Of a stretch of DNA of 48,664 bases, positions 29,401 to 36,580 are shown piece after piece; position 1 is the first letter of the stretch, and each line of letters opens with the position of its first letter. Made by a program: the position numbers and the translations under genes. The notes beneath the pieces were generated by a model. It was not told the DNA's origin. It ran no database searches and worked only from the letters and a program-made list of their open reading frames with translations. Origin of the DNA: Verrucomicrobiota bacterium (lineage in GTDB: Bacteria; Verrucomicrobiota; Kiritimatiellia; CAIQIC01; JAGNIJ01). Location: contig JAKJGV010000007.1 in NCBI GenBank assembly GCA_022704185.1, positions 1-48,664 of the forward strand, written 5' to 3'.

Positions 29401-29499
29401 GTCCACCTTGCGGAAGAAAGGGCCCGTTTCCCGGTCGAAAAACGAAACAGCCTCCGTTTCGACAAGCGCTTCCCGACCGGCGGATTGTTTTTCAGCCAT
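26482..29499 (-). CDS. DUF2723 (TMEM260-like, GT-C fold) membrane protein with C-terminal TPR repeats
   Basis: YTLAPTVTLEDSGELAVASDYLGVPHPPGYPIWSLL is the DUF2723 N-terminal signature. Many TM segments, a large extracytoplasmic middle domain, and a TPR tail. Confidence 0.85.
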   Translation of the reverse strand: MAEKQSAGREALVETEAVSFFDRETGPFFRKVDWNAFWTTFIISLGAYWYTLAPTVTLEDSGELAVASDYLGVPHPPGYPIWSLLTWFFQWIFGWVRYNGNPNPAWGVGFSSAVFGAASCAVLAILISRSGADMLRSMKRATDVLGLKTEALICWVGGVTGGLLFAFSPVLWSQSVIVEVYSLNALFLSLIILLTYRWMCRPREDYLLYLTAFLFGLGFTNHQSIVFAGLGLAAAIWFRDRRLFRDCMAAGCLAIAGYLMWKASLLKGPLPDAALRQKQLTVMMSLVFLISPAGLFLIERRLFTEWKRVTIIVASLLLGLSFYAYLPFSSEQNPPINWGYPRTTEGFKHAFTRGQYEKIDPVANLKHAAQNPGHFLALLNTVIFNPRDFISVVAQFMWWISALVLLIPPFLRAIDRRARNWLAVTFLTFISLTVIFLIFQYPQLDVQTLFIGRVQYIQAHAVFALWIAYGLIFGLTWIETLAGGRGAAKYVGIVAVALIPLAPVLRNAYDDEYLKIVGGVEQNGHDFGWQFGNWQLQGEEGIRADFQHEMSPEEFEKEWAAYPTPGYPPPMGTNAIFYGGTDPGRFVPTYMIYCAKVRTDVYLITQNALADNTYMSVMRDLYGDTIWIPSQQDSNFAFQQYVEDVQAGRIPAGADVQFQDGRVSVQGVQGVMMINGILAKMIFEANKHKHPFYVEESYVIPWMYPYLEPHGLIMEINSEPLPGLSPEVVANDRKFWDWYAERLLKNPKFERDVVARKTFSKLRGAIAGIYAFRRMFDEAEYAFQQAIDLYPLSPEANFRLADVHMQQREFTNARMLIEKFLKLDPANTKVAEFLGQIQETEKADLRRVELEGVFASGQGELNAAMELADLYNKLRMDGPFQSLTMNILNDTNIPANYYLMVAKMYFDSKRMDLLAHALQRYLSRDAGDARIWVELAATQIMLQQLDRAFASLQQAIQLGGEQAREAVRKDNRFESVREHPQYKALVPALRTTLPMMKLPSNLPMF

Positions 29500-29616
29500 G
29501 GCCCGAATCCATTGTTAACTGCAGGTATTCCCTGATTCTGGAACGCCGAAAAGTAGGGCTTTTGAACCCCCAGCGTCAAGCACCGAACCCTTTGACCGCG
29601 CAGGGCGCGCAACCGT

Positions 29617-30525
29617 TCATGAAGGCGTGGATCGGCCGAGGACAAGAAACACGGTTAATCCATACAGGACAAGGTCCACCAGGAGCGGGATGTCCGTGAG
29701 CAGGATCTGCTCGGGCTGCCCGCCTTTCTCGTGGCGGTAAACGAGATCGAGGTAGCGGAAGATGCCGAAGATGACGAAGGGGATCGTGAACGCGAGGCGC
29801 GTGGTCTCGAACTTGTCCACCGTATCCGGCCAGAGGGTGTAGAGCGAATACGAGACGATGGTGGCGGCGCTGACGATCGCGATCAACTGGTCGAGCAACT
29901 GCTGATCGTATTTCGCGAGGCTCTCGCGGATGTCGGTTCCGTAATCGCTGAGCACGACCTTCTCGTGCCGGCGCTTGCACAGCGCGAGGAAAAGCGCGAG
30001 GAGGAGAGTGCACAGGAGGAGCCACGGCGAAATCCGCACGCCCTCCAGCACGACGCCGCCCGCGAGCGCGCGGAGCACGAAGCCCGCGGCGATCACGAAC
30101 AGGTCCACCAGGGCCACTCGCTTGAGCGCGAGGGTGTAAACCACCTGGAGCACGACGTAGCCGGCGACCACGTAGAAGAGGGACAACGACAGCTTCCACG
30201 AGAGCGCGAGGCCTGCCGCGAGAAGGACGGCCGCCATTCCGAGCGCCGTGGGAACCGGGAGCTCGCCCGCGGCGATGGGGCGCAGCTTCTTGTTCGGGTG
30301 CGCGCGATCCTGCTCGATGTCGCGCACGTCGTTGAAGAGATAGACGCCGCTCGAAACCATGCAGAACGCGATCGCCGCGTAGAGGACGGTCCAGAACGCG
30401 GCGACGTCGAGATTCTGCTGGCGGTCCCCGAGCGCGAAGGCGAAGGCCGCGAAAACGACGGCGTTCTTCGTCCATTGCTTCGGCCGCAAAGCGCGCACCG
30501 CGTGCCACAGCGAGGCTGGCTTCAT
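29617..30525 (-). CDS. UbiA-family decaprenyl-phosphate phosphoribosyltransferase-like enzyme
   Basis: Internal start MKPASLWHAVRALRPKQWTKN. LFNDVRDIEQDRAHPNKKLRPIAAGEL matches the NDxxDxxxD...RP(I)A motif of Rv3806c-type enzymes. ATGA overlap with the upstream gene. Confidence 0.8.
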   Translation of the reverse strand: MKPASLWHAVRALRPKQWTKNAVVFAAFAFALGDRQQNLDVAAFWTVLYAAIAFCMVSSGVYLFNDVRDIEQDRAHPNKKLRPIAAGELPVPTALGMAAVLLAAGLALSWKLSLSLFYVVAGYVVLQVVYTLALKRVALVDLFVIAAGFVLRALAGGVVLEGVRISPWLLLCTLLLALFLALCKRRHEKVVLSDYGTDIRESLAKYDQQLLDQLIAIVSAATIVSYSLYTLWPDTVDKFETTRLAFTIPFVIFGIFRYLDLVYRHEKGGQPEQILLTDIPLLVDLVLYGLTVFLVLGRSTPS

Positions 30526-31283
30526 GGGGTCCCTCCGGCGGCGACGCTTCTCGGATGGGTGGCGCGGGGTTTGCGCCTGAGCCCGCAGCGGAAGAGCAGT
30601 TTCCAGACCATCCACAAGGCTTCGCGAACGATGTCCGAACTCATCTTGGATTGCCCCGAACGCCGTTCCTCGAACGTGATCGGGACGTCCACGATGCGGA
30701 AGCCCAGCATCCATGTGGTATGTGTCATTTCGATCTGGAACGAGTAGCCGTTGGAGCGGATCCGGTCGAGATCAATGGCCTCGAGCACCGCGCGCCGGAA
30801 GCACTTGAAGCCGCCGGTCGGATCGGTGAAAGGCATGCCGGTGATCACGTGCACGTACGCGCCCGCGCCGCGGCTGAGGATCAGGCGGCTCAGCGGCCAG
30901 TTGATGACCCGGATGCCGCCCACGTAGCGAGAGCCGAGAGCGAGGTCGGCGGACTGGGCCGCCTCCCGGATGCGCGGGATATCCCGGGGGTCGTGGGAGA
31001 AATCGGCGTCCATCTCGAAGATGAACTCGTAATGCCGTTCGAGCGCCCACTTGAAACCCGCGATGTAGGCCCGGCCGAGGCCCTGCTTGCCCTCGCGGTG
31101 GAGGACGTGGACCCGCGGGTCGGCGGCCGCCATTTCGTCCAGGAGCCGCCCGGTTCCGTCCGGGGAGTTGTCGTCCGCGAAAAGCATGTCCGCTGCCGGG
31201 ATGCCGTTGAACACGGCTTTCGCCACGTCCCGGACATTGTCCTTTTCGTTGTACGTTGGGACGACAATCAACGTGTCGTTCAT
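30522..31283 (-). CDS. polyprenol-monophosphomannose synthase (GT2, Ppm1/DPM1-like)
   Basis: LIVVPTYNEKDN, DDNSPDGT, EMDADFSHDP and GGFKCFRR are typical of the DPM1/Ppm1 family. Confidence 0.85.
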   Translation of the reverse strand: MNDTLIVVPTYNEKDNVRDVAKAVFNGIPAADMLFADDNSPDGTGRLLDEMAAADPRVHVLHREGKQGLGRAYIAGFKWALERHYEFIFEMDADFSHDPRDIPRIREAAQSADLALGSRYVGGIRVINWPLSRLILSRGAGAYVHVITGMPFTDPTGGFKCFRRAVLEAIDLDRIRSNGYSFQIEMTHTTWMLGFRIVDVPITFEERRSGQSKMSSDIVREALWMVWKLLFRCGLRRKPRATHPRSVAAGGTP

Positions 31284-31390
31284 GCGGGCTCACTTTACGC
31301 AAACGCCCCCCCGAACGGCAAGGCGCAAGCTTGGGGTACAAGGACGGTTGATTTGCCGGGTCGTTTGGGTATCGTAGAAGGAGGATGAAG

Positions 31391-31945
31391 ATGGACATTC
31401 GCATATACGGAGACGATGTGCTTCGCGAGCCGGCCACGCCCGTGGCGGAAGTGAACGCGGACATTCGCGCCCTGGTGAAGAGCATGATCGAGACCATGCG
31501 CGCCGAAAACGGGGTCGGCCTTGCCGCCGAGCAGGTCGGGAGGACCGAGGCCGTTTGCGTGGTGGAAGTACCCGCGGAATACGACACCGACGAGCAGGGC
31601 AACCGGCTGAATCCGGACGTCAAGATGCCGCTGGTGCTGATCAACCCGGAGATCCTCGAATCGTCCGACGAGAAGGATGTCATGGAGGAAGGCTGCCTGA
31701 GTTTTCCAGGGATCTATGCGCCGGTGAAGAGGCCCGTTGAAGTGACGGTTCGCTATCTCGACACCGATGGCGTCAGCCGGGAACTGCGCCTGCGGCGCTT
31801 CGTCGCGCGTGCGGCCCAGCATGAGATGGACCACCTGAACGGGGTGCTGCTGGTGGACCGCATGTCCTCGGTGAAGCGCATCGCGCTGCGCGGGCAGTTG
31901 AAGCGCATGAAAAACGAAACCCGCGAAGCGCTCAAGCTCGCCTAG
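31391..31945 (+). CDS. def: peptide deformylase
   Basis: GVGLAAEQVG, EGCLSFPG and QHEMDHLNG are the three Def motifs. GAAGGAGG ends 6 nt before ATG 31391; the track start at 31385 is the alternative. Confidence 0.95.
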   Translation: MDIRIYGDDVLREPATPVAEVNADIRALVKSMIETMRAENGVGLAAEQVGRTEAVCVVEVPAEYDTDEQGNRLNPDVKMPLVLINPEILESSDEKDVMEEGCLSFPGIYAPVKRPVEVTVRYLDTDGVSRELRLRRFVARAAQHEMDHLNGVLLVDRMSSVKRIALRGQLKRMKNETREALKLA

Positions 31946-31968
31946 TGTCGCGTTTTGTGTTCCCGCGT

Positions 31969-31991
31969 CCCCACGGGTTTACCCCGTGGGG
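31969..31991. repeat. GC-rich hairpin CCCCACGGG-TTTAC-CCCGTGGGG downstream of def
   Basis: 9-bp perfect stem read directly, with no T-tract. Same design as 16471..16491, but with compensatory base changes. Confidence 0.6.
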
Positions 31992-32029
31992 GGCGGAAAG
32001 CTTGATGTGAGGGTCGGGGGCGCGCGAAC

Positions 32030-32063
32030 TTCCCGCTCCCACCCCGCAAGGGGGTGGGGAGCG
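32030..32063. repeat. 33-nt GC-rich hairpin element, copy 1
   Basis: TTCCCGCTCCCACCCCGCAAGGGGGTGGGGAGCG. Near-identical to 33494..33526. Confidence 0.7.
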
Positions 32064-32296
32064 TAGGCGTATTCTTCAACAGCCTCCCGGTCCTCCTGCG
32101 GTCATCCCCCTGTGCCCAATCGGCTTGACTCGCTCCGCGGATTCACCACAATGCCGTTATGAGCGGAAGACGATTGGCAGTCCTCCTTGCCGTGCTCGGC
32201 CTCTTCGCCCTGGCCCGATCGGGTTTTGCTTGAGGCGGCGCCATCAGCTGCCCTCCCTCCGAAGCCAAGCTCCGGCGGAACGCAGCTGAAAGAGCC

Positions 32297-33388
32297 GTGA
32301 GCTCTTACCTTACGATCAAGTGGGCCGACGCGAAGCCCGGCGAGATGAGAAAGCCCGAGGCCGCGGCTTTGCCCGCGACGCGACTCCAGATGGCTGTCGA
32401 GGATTTCGACTGTGTTCGCGAGGCCAAGGCGAAGAACATGCCTTCCGTCGTCTTTGTGTTCTCCGAGGCAAAGGAGAAGCGCGACCTCGGCGTCCGCGCG
32501 ATCTTCGACCCCAAGAAGGCGATGGAGGGCAAGGAAGAGCTGACGTCCGCCGCCAAAACCTCCCTCACGGTTTACGAGCGGGTCTTTGAGAACGTGCAGG
32601 ATCTCCCCCTCCGCATCCTCATGCGATTCTTCCAATGCACGCGGATGGACGTCACGAAGGTTCCCGCCGGCACGCATCCTGACATCGCCGAACCGGGCGC
32701 GCCGCTCATCCTGATCGTGGACGCACAGGGCAAGGTATCGCAGGCGCTGCCGGGGACGCGCATTGATTCGCGGGCCATGAGTGTCGGCATGCTGGATGTT
32801 TTGAGGAAGGGCGGGATTCGCGACATAGACTCCACGTGCACTGCCACGATGAGGCTCATGGACGAGATGGAGAAGACGCTCGCGGCGAAGGCGAAGCTCG
32901 AAGTGAAAATGGAGGAACTGAGGAAGTCGCTCGCGGACTACGAGGCCAAGGATCGCAAGCGCCCGAACAAGAGCGGCCAATCCCTGCCTCCTTCGGCCAG
33001 CACGGAGCGCGCCCGGAAAGCGGTCGAGGACTTTCAGCCGCTGCTGGATGCGGCGGACAAGACGTTCGCCGAGTTGAAGCAGCGGGACGCCGCGATTATC
33101 CGGAGTGTCGGCAAGGATCTTTCGGCGTGGCAGGCGGCGAGTGCGCCCTCGCTCCAGACGGCGTCCGTCTCGTCAAGCGGCGGTGGGGACGAGAGCGGGA
33201 AATCCGCGACTATGCGGACCTGGACGAGCGCCAGCGGGCGCACGCTCGAAGGGCGCTTCATGCAACTCGATCGAGACATCGTCGTCCTCGCCAAACCCGA
33301 CGGCGGAACCGTGAAGATCCAGGTAGACAAGCTCAGCGCCGCGGACCAGGACGTCGCCCGTCGCATGGCCGCGCCCGGATCCCTTTGA
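32297..33388 (+). CDS. hypothetical protein with C-terminal SHD1-like domain
   Basis: The C-terminus MRTWTSASGRTLEGRFMQLDRDIVVLAKPDGGTVKIQVDKLSAADQDV matches the bacterial SLA1-homology (SHD1) pattern RTWTD..G...A.F......V.L....G....V....LS..D. GTG start as in the track. The frame is open upstream to a TGA at 32231 (see findings). Confidence 0.7.
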   Translation: MSSYLTIKWADAKPGEMRKPEAAALPATRLQMAVEDFDCVREAKAKNMPSVVFVFSEAKEKRDLGVRAIFDPKKAMEGKEELTSAAKTSLTVYERVFENVQDLPLRILMRFFQCTRMDVTKVPAGTHPDIAEPGAPLILIVDAQGKVSQALPGTRIDSRAMSVGMLDVLRKGGIRDIDSTCTATMRLMDEMEKTLAAKAKLEVKMEELRKSLADYEAKDRKRPNKSGQSLPPSASTERARKAVEDFQPLLDAADKTFAELKQRDAAIIRSVGKDLSAWQAASAPSLQTASVSSSGGGDESGKSATMRTWTSASGRTLEGRFMQLDRDIVVLAKPDGGTVKIQVDKLSAADQDVARRMAAPGSL

Positions 33389-33493
33389 AGCACGTGCTTG
33401 CCTGGCGATCGGCAGCCGGGGTCAGACCGGCGATGAGCTCCCTTTGTGAACGGGGTTCACGGTCTTTCTTGCGCGGCGCGGAACCCGGCCGCT

Positions 33494-33526
33494 TTCCGCT
33501 CCCACCCCGCGAGGGGGCGGGGAGCG
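33494..33526. repeat. 33-nt GC-rich hairpin element, copy 2
   Basis: TTCCGCTCCCACCCCGCGAGGGGGCGGGGAGCG, in the convergent gap between the SHD1 gene and parA. Confidence 0.7.
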
Positions 33527-33531
33527 ACACG

Positions 33532-34407
33532 TTACTGGGGCAATTCTTCCGACGACTCGGGTTGCGCGGCTTCCGCTTCCGCGGCGGCCGCGATGGGGGA
33601 TTCGTCCTGGAACGGGAAGGTGCGCGACTCCTCGCTGCCGCGCCGCTGCAGGAATTCCTTCGCGAGCTGGAGGTAGGCGACCGCGCCGACCGACTGGCGG
33701 TCGTGATCGATGATCGGCTTGCCGAAACTCGGGGCCTCGCCGAGGCGGATCGTGCGGGGGATCAGCGTTTCGTAAATCCGGTTGCCGAAATGCTTGTACA
33801 CGTCCTGCACCACCGCCTGCGAAAGGTTGGTGCGCCCGTCGTACATCGTCATGACGATGCCTTCGAGACGAAGGCCGGGATTGGTGCCGCTGGTGCGCAG
33901 CTTTTCGACGAGGTCAATGATGACGCTCAACCCTTCCAGCGCGTAATACTCGCACTGCAGCGGGATGAGGAGCGACTCGGCCGCGGTGAGCGCGTTCATG
34001 GTGAGGATGCCGAGCGACGGCGGGCAATCCACGAAGATGAAATCGTAGCGGTCCTGGTTCGTGACCGGCACGAGCGCCTCCTTGAGGCGGTGAAGATAGT
34101 TGTCCGCGCGCGCGATATCCACTTCCGCGCCGGCGAGGTCCACCTCGGACGCGATGATATCGAGGCGTTTGTACGCGGTGGGGCGGACCAGCGTGTCGGC
34201 CTGCACCTCGCCGAGCAGCGCGCGATAGATGCTCTGCCCCTGGGCCTTCTCGACGCCCAAGCCACTCGTGGCGTTGGCCTGCGGGTCGAGGTCTATGAGC
34301 AGGACGTTCTGGCGCTGAACCGTCAGGCAGGCGGCCAGGTTGATGGCGGTCGTGGTCTTCCCCACGCCGCCCTTCTGGTTTGCTATGGCTATGACCGGAG
34401 TGCCCAT
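33532..34407 (-). CDS. parA: ParA/Soj family ATPase
   Basis: IAIANQKGGVGKTTTAINLAA deviant Walker A and LIDLDPQANAT. No parB next to it. Confidence 0.9.
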   Translation of the reverse strand: MGTPVIAIANQKGGVGKTTTAINLAACLTVQRQNVLLIDLDPQANATSGLGVEKAQGQSIYRALLGEVQADTLVRPTAYKRLDIIASEVDLAGAEVDIARADNYLHRLKEALVPVTNQDRYDFIFVDCPPSLGILTMNALTAAESLLIPLQCEYYALEGLSVIIDLVEKLRTSGTNPGLRLEGIVMTMYDGRTNLSQAVVQDVYKHFGNRIYETLIPRTIRLGEAPSFGKPIIDHDRQSVGAVAYLQLAKEFLQRRGSEESRTFPFQDESPIAAAAEAEAAQPESSEELPQ

Positions 34408-34485
34408 GAGCGGGACGTAGAATAGGCGGGAGCGCGGGCGCGGACAAGCGTCAAATCGGGGTGGGTGGGTGTCAGGTTGCGGGGT

Positions 34486-35526
34486 TCAGGACTCGCCGGT
34501 TTCAGATTCCTGATCCCCGGCTCCGGGCTCCAGGCCTTTGACGATGCCGTCCACCTGCTCGAGCTTGCCGTCGAGCTTCCCGAAGCGTTTCTCGGCTTCC
34601 CCGAATTTCTTGGCGGCGTTTTCGAGGTGCTGGCCCACCAGCCGGAACGATTCCTCGAACCGCTCGAACTCCTTGCGCAGGCCGGCGAGGCGGTTGAGCA
34701 TTTCGCGCGCGCTCTCCTCGACGCGCAAGCCCTTCAGCCCGAGCAGAATCGTCTGCAGGTAGGCGTAGAAGCTGTTGGGGGAAACGGGGATCACCCGCTT
34801 CGCGAGCGCGTAGTTGAAGAGCGACATCTCGCCGCCGAAGTCGTCGTCCTTGATGATGGTTTCGTAGTAGACGTTCTCCGCGGGGATGTACATGAGCGCG
34901 AAGTCGAAGGTGCCCTCGTCGGTGCGGATATACTTGGTCGCGATGGCGTCAATATGGACTTTCACGTCGCGGACAAACGTGCGGCGCAGGTTCTTCTTTT
35001 CCTCGTCCGCCTGGGCCTCGGCGAATTTCCGGAAGTTCTCGAGCGGGAACTTCGCGTCCACGGGGACGAACCCCGCCTTCAGGACGATGATGGCGTCCAC
35101 CGTCTCGCCGCCGCGGAAGGCGTACTGCATGCGGTAGTGGTCGGACGGGAGGATCTGCGCGAGCAGTTCGCCGAGGAAAAGTTCGCTCAGGTTGCCGCGC
35201 AGCTTCGGAGAGCGAAGGACCTCCTGCAGGCCGGCCATATCCTTCCCGATCTCGAATATGCGGCGGGAGGATTCGTCGAGCTGCCCGAGCTGCTTGCTCA
35301 CGCCCTGGATGACCTGCGCGGCGTTGTCCAGCCGCTGGTCGAGCGATTTGCGCGTTTGATCGAGCGCCTGGGCCATCTGCGCGTTCAGCGCGTTGACCTG
35401 GTTCTGCAGCAGCGCGAGCCCCTGGTCGGGCCGCGGTTGGGCTATCGCGCGTCCGACGGACGCGCGGATCCAGATCGCCGCCACGATCACCACGATCGCG
35501 ACCGCTATGACCATTATCCATTCCAT
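34486..35526 (-). CDS. rmuC: DNA recombination protein RmuC
   Basis: N-terminal TM helix, coiled-coil region, then RGNLSELFLGELL, PVDAKFPLE and FALMYIPAENVYYE. Confidence 0.9.
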   Translation of the reverse strand: MEWIMVIAVAIVVIVAAIWIRASVGRAIAQPRPDQGLALLQNQVNALNAQMAQALDQTRKSLDQRLDNAAQVIQGVSKQLGQLDESSRRIFEIGKDMAGLQEVLRSPKLRGNLSELFLGELLAQILPSDHYRMQYAFRGGETVDAIIVLKAGFVPVDAKFPLENFRKFAEAQADEEKKNLRRTFVRDVKVHIDAIATKYIRTDEGTFDFALMYIPAENVYYETIIKDDDFGGEMSLFNYALAKRVIPVSPNSFYAYLQTILLGLKGLRVEESAREMLNRLAGLRKEFERFEESFRLVGQHLENAAKKFGEAEKRFGKLDGKLEQVDGIVKGLEPGAGDQESETGES

Positions 35527-35528
35527 GT

Positions 35529-35603
35529 TTTCAGGTGTCAGGTGTCAGGTTTCGGGTTTCAGGGGTTTGTCTCTTCGTTTCCGATCCTGAAACCTGAAAC
35601 CCC
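35529..35603. repeat. heptad-periodic hairpin (GAAACCY/GACACCT variant) in rmuC leader
   Basis: TTTCAGG TGTCAGG TGTCAGG TTTCGGG TTTCAGG - 22 nt - CCTGAAA CCTGAAA CCCC. The arms pair over 16 bp with one mismatch. Begins 3 nt from the rmuC start codon. Confidence 0.8.
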
Positions 35604-35611
35604 TCCTCTCG

Positions 35612-36457
35612 TCATCTTGCCAGCATGACCGGGATACGCGAACGGGAAAGGATGTGCGTTGTGATGCTGCCGATCATCATCTCGCGTATCCGGTTGTGCC
35701 CGTACGCGCCGAGCACGATCAGGTCGCAACGTTCCTGGCGCGCGGCTTCCAGGATCACCGTGGAAGCGTTGCCCTCCATCACGAGGACGTTCGCCTGCTT
35801 GCAGCCGTGCGAGCGGACGATCTTCTCCGCGTCGCGCGCGATTTCGTCGGCGCGGGTCCGCTGTCCGCCCTCGGCCACCGTGAGCGCGACGAGCGGCAGG
35901 TCCAGGGCGACGGCCAGCTCGGACGCTTCCTGCAGCCCCTTGCTGGAGTGGCCGCTGCCGTCGTAGGCCACCAGGATTCGCGTGATGGGGTCGAAGCGGC
36001 CCGGCGTCACGAGGCAGGGCTTTACCGAGTACCGGACTACGCGTTCGACGATCGAACCGGCCAGTTCCCCGATCAACCCGGCGTGTTCGCCTTTCTGTCC
36101 GAGGACCACGAGTTCGGCGCGGGCTTCCTCCTCGAGGATAACGCGCGGCGGGTGCCCTGTTTTCACGCGGCATTCCGGCTCGAGTCCCGCCGCCCGGCAT
36201 TTCTCATCAAAGGCCTGGATGACGGCCTTTCCTTTTTCCTCCATCAGCAAGCGGAAAGACTGAACATGGGCGGCATAGGGTTGCGCGCCGACCCAGCCGG
36301 AGATATCGGCGAGCAGCGGGCCGTCCAGCATGCGCTGGTCGAGCACGTGGAGGCCCAGGATGCGCGCTTTCAGGCGCCCCGCGAGGTGAATGCCGTACTC
36401 GGCGGCGGCATCGCTGTGCGGGGATCCGTCGGTACATACGAGGATACTCTTGATCAT
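35612..36457 (-). CDS. universal stress protein, tandem Usp domains
   Basis: ILVCTDGSPHSDAA and ILVAYDGSGHSSKG begin the two UspA domains. VLGAYGHNRIREMMIGSIT is a C-terminal ATP-binding-type motif. Confidence 0.85.
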   Translation of the reverse strand: MIKSILVCTDGSPHSDAAAEYGIHLAGRLKARILGLHVLDQRMLDGPLLADISGWVGAQPYAAHVQSFRLLMEEKGKAVIQAFDEKCRAAGLEPECRVKTGHPPRVILEEEARAELVVLGQKGEHAGLIGELAGSIVERVVRYSVKPCLVTPGRFDPITRILVAYDGSGHSSKGLQEASELAVALDLPLVALTVAEGGQRTRADEIARDAEKIVRSHGCKQANVLVMEGNASTVILEAARQERCDLIVLGAYGHNRIREMMIGSITTHILSRSRIPVMLAR

Positions 36458-36532
36458 GTGTCCGGCCTCCGGAGATTACGCGCCCCATGATGCCGCGCGC
36501 GGAAGGGCATGTCGAGCGTGGATTCGTCCGCG

Positions 36533-36553
36533 GAAACTTGAAACTGGAAACTT
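36533..36553. repeat. heptad array GAAACTT GAAACTG GAAACTT upstream of ftsK
   Basis: Exact 21-nt copy of 17671..17691. Ends 27 nt before the ftsK ATG. Confidence 0.85.
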
Positions 36554-36580
36554 GCCTATTGAGGCTGTTATGTTACGCGC

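Noticed and set aside
31348-31375. Sigma-70-like promoter TTGATT-16 nt-TATCGT upstream of def
   Set aside because: The predicted transcription start would fall inside or after the GAAGGAGG RBS of def, so the geometry is inconsistent.
33532-35526. parA plus rmuC as a possible defence or plasmid-partition module
   Set aside because: No parB, nuclease partner, integrase or other mobile or defence markers are present. Both are common chromosomal housekeeping genes, and the adjacency is not evidence of a system.
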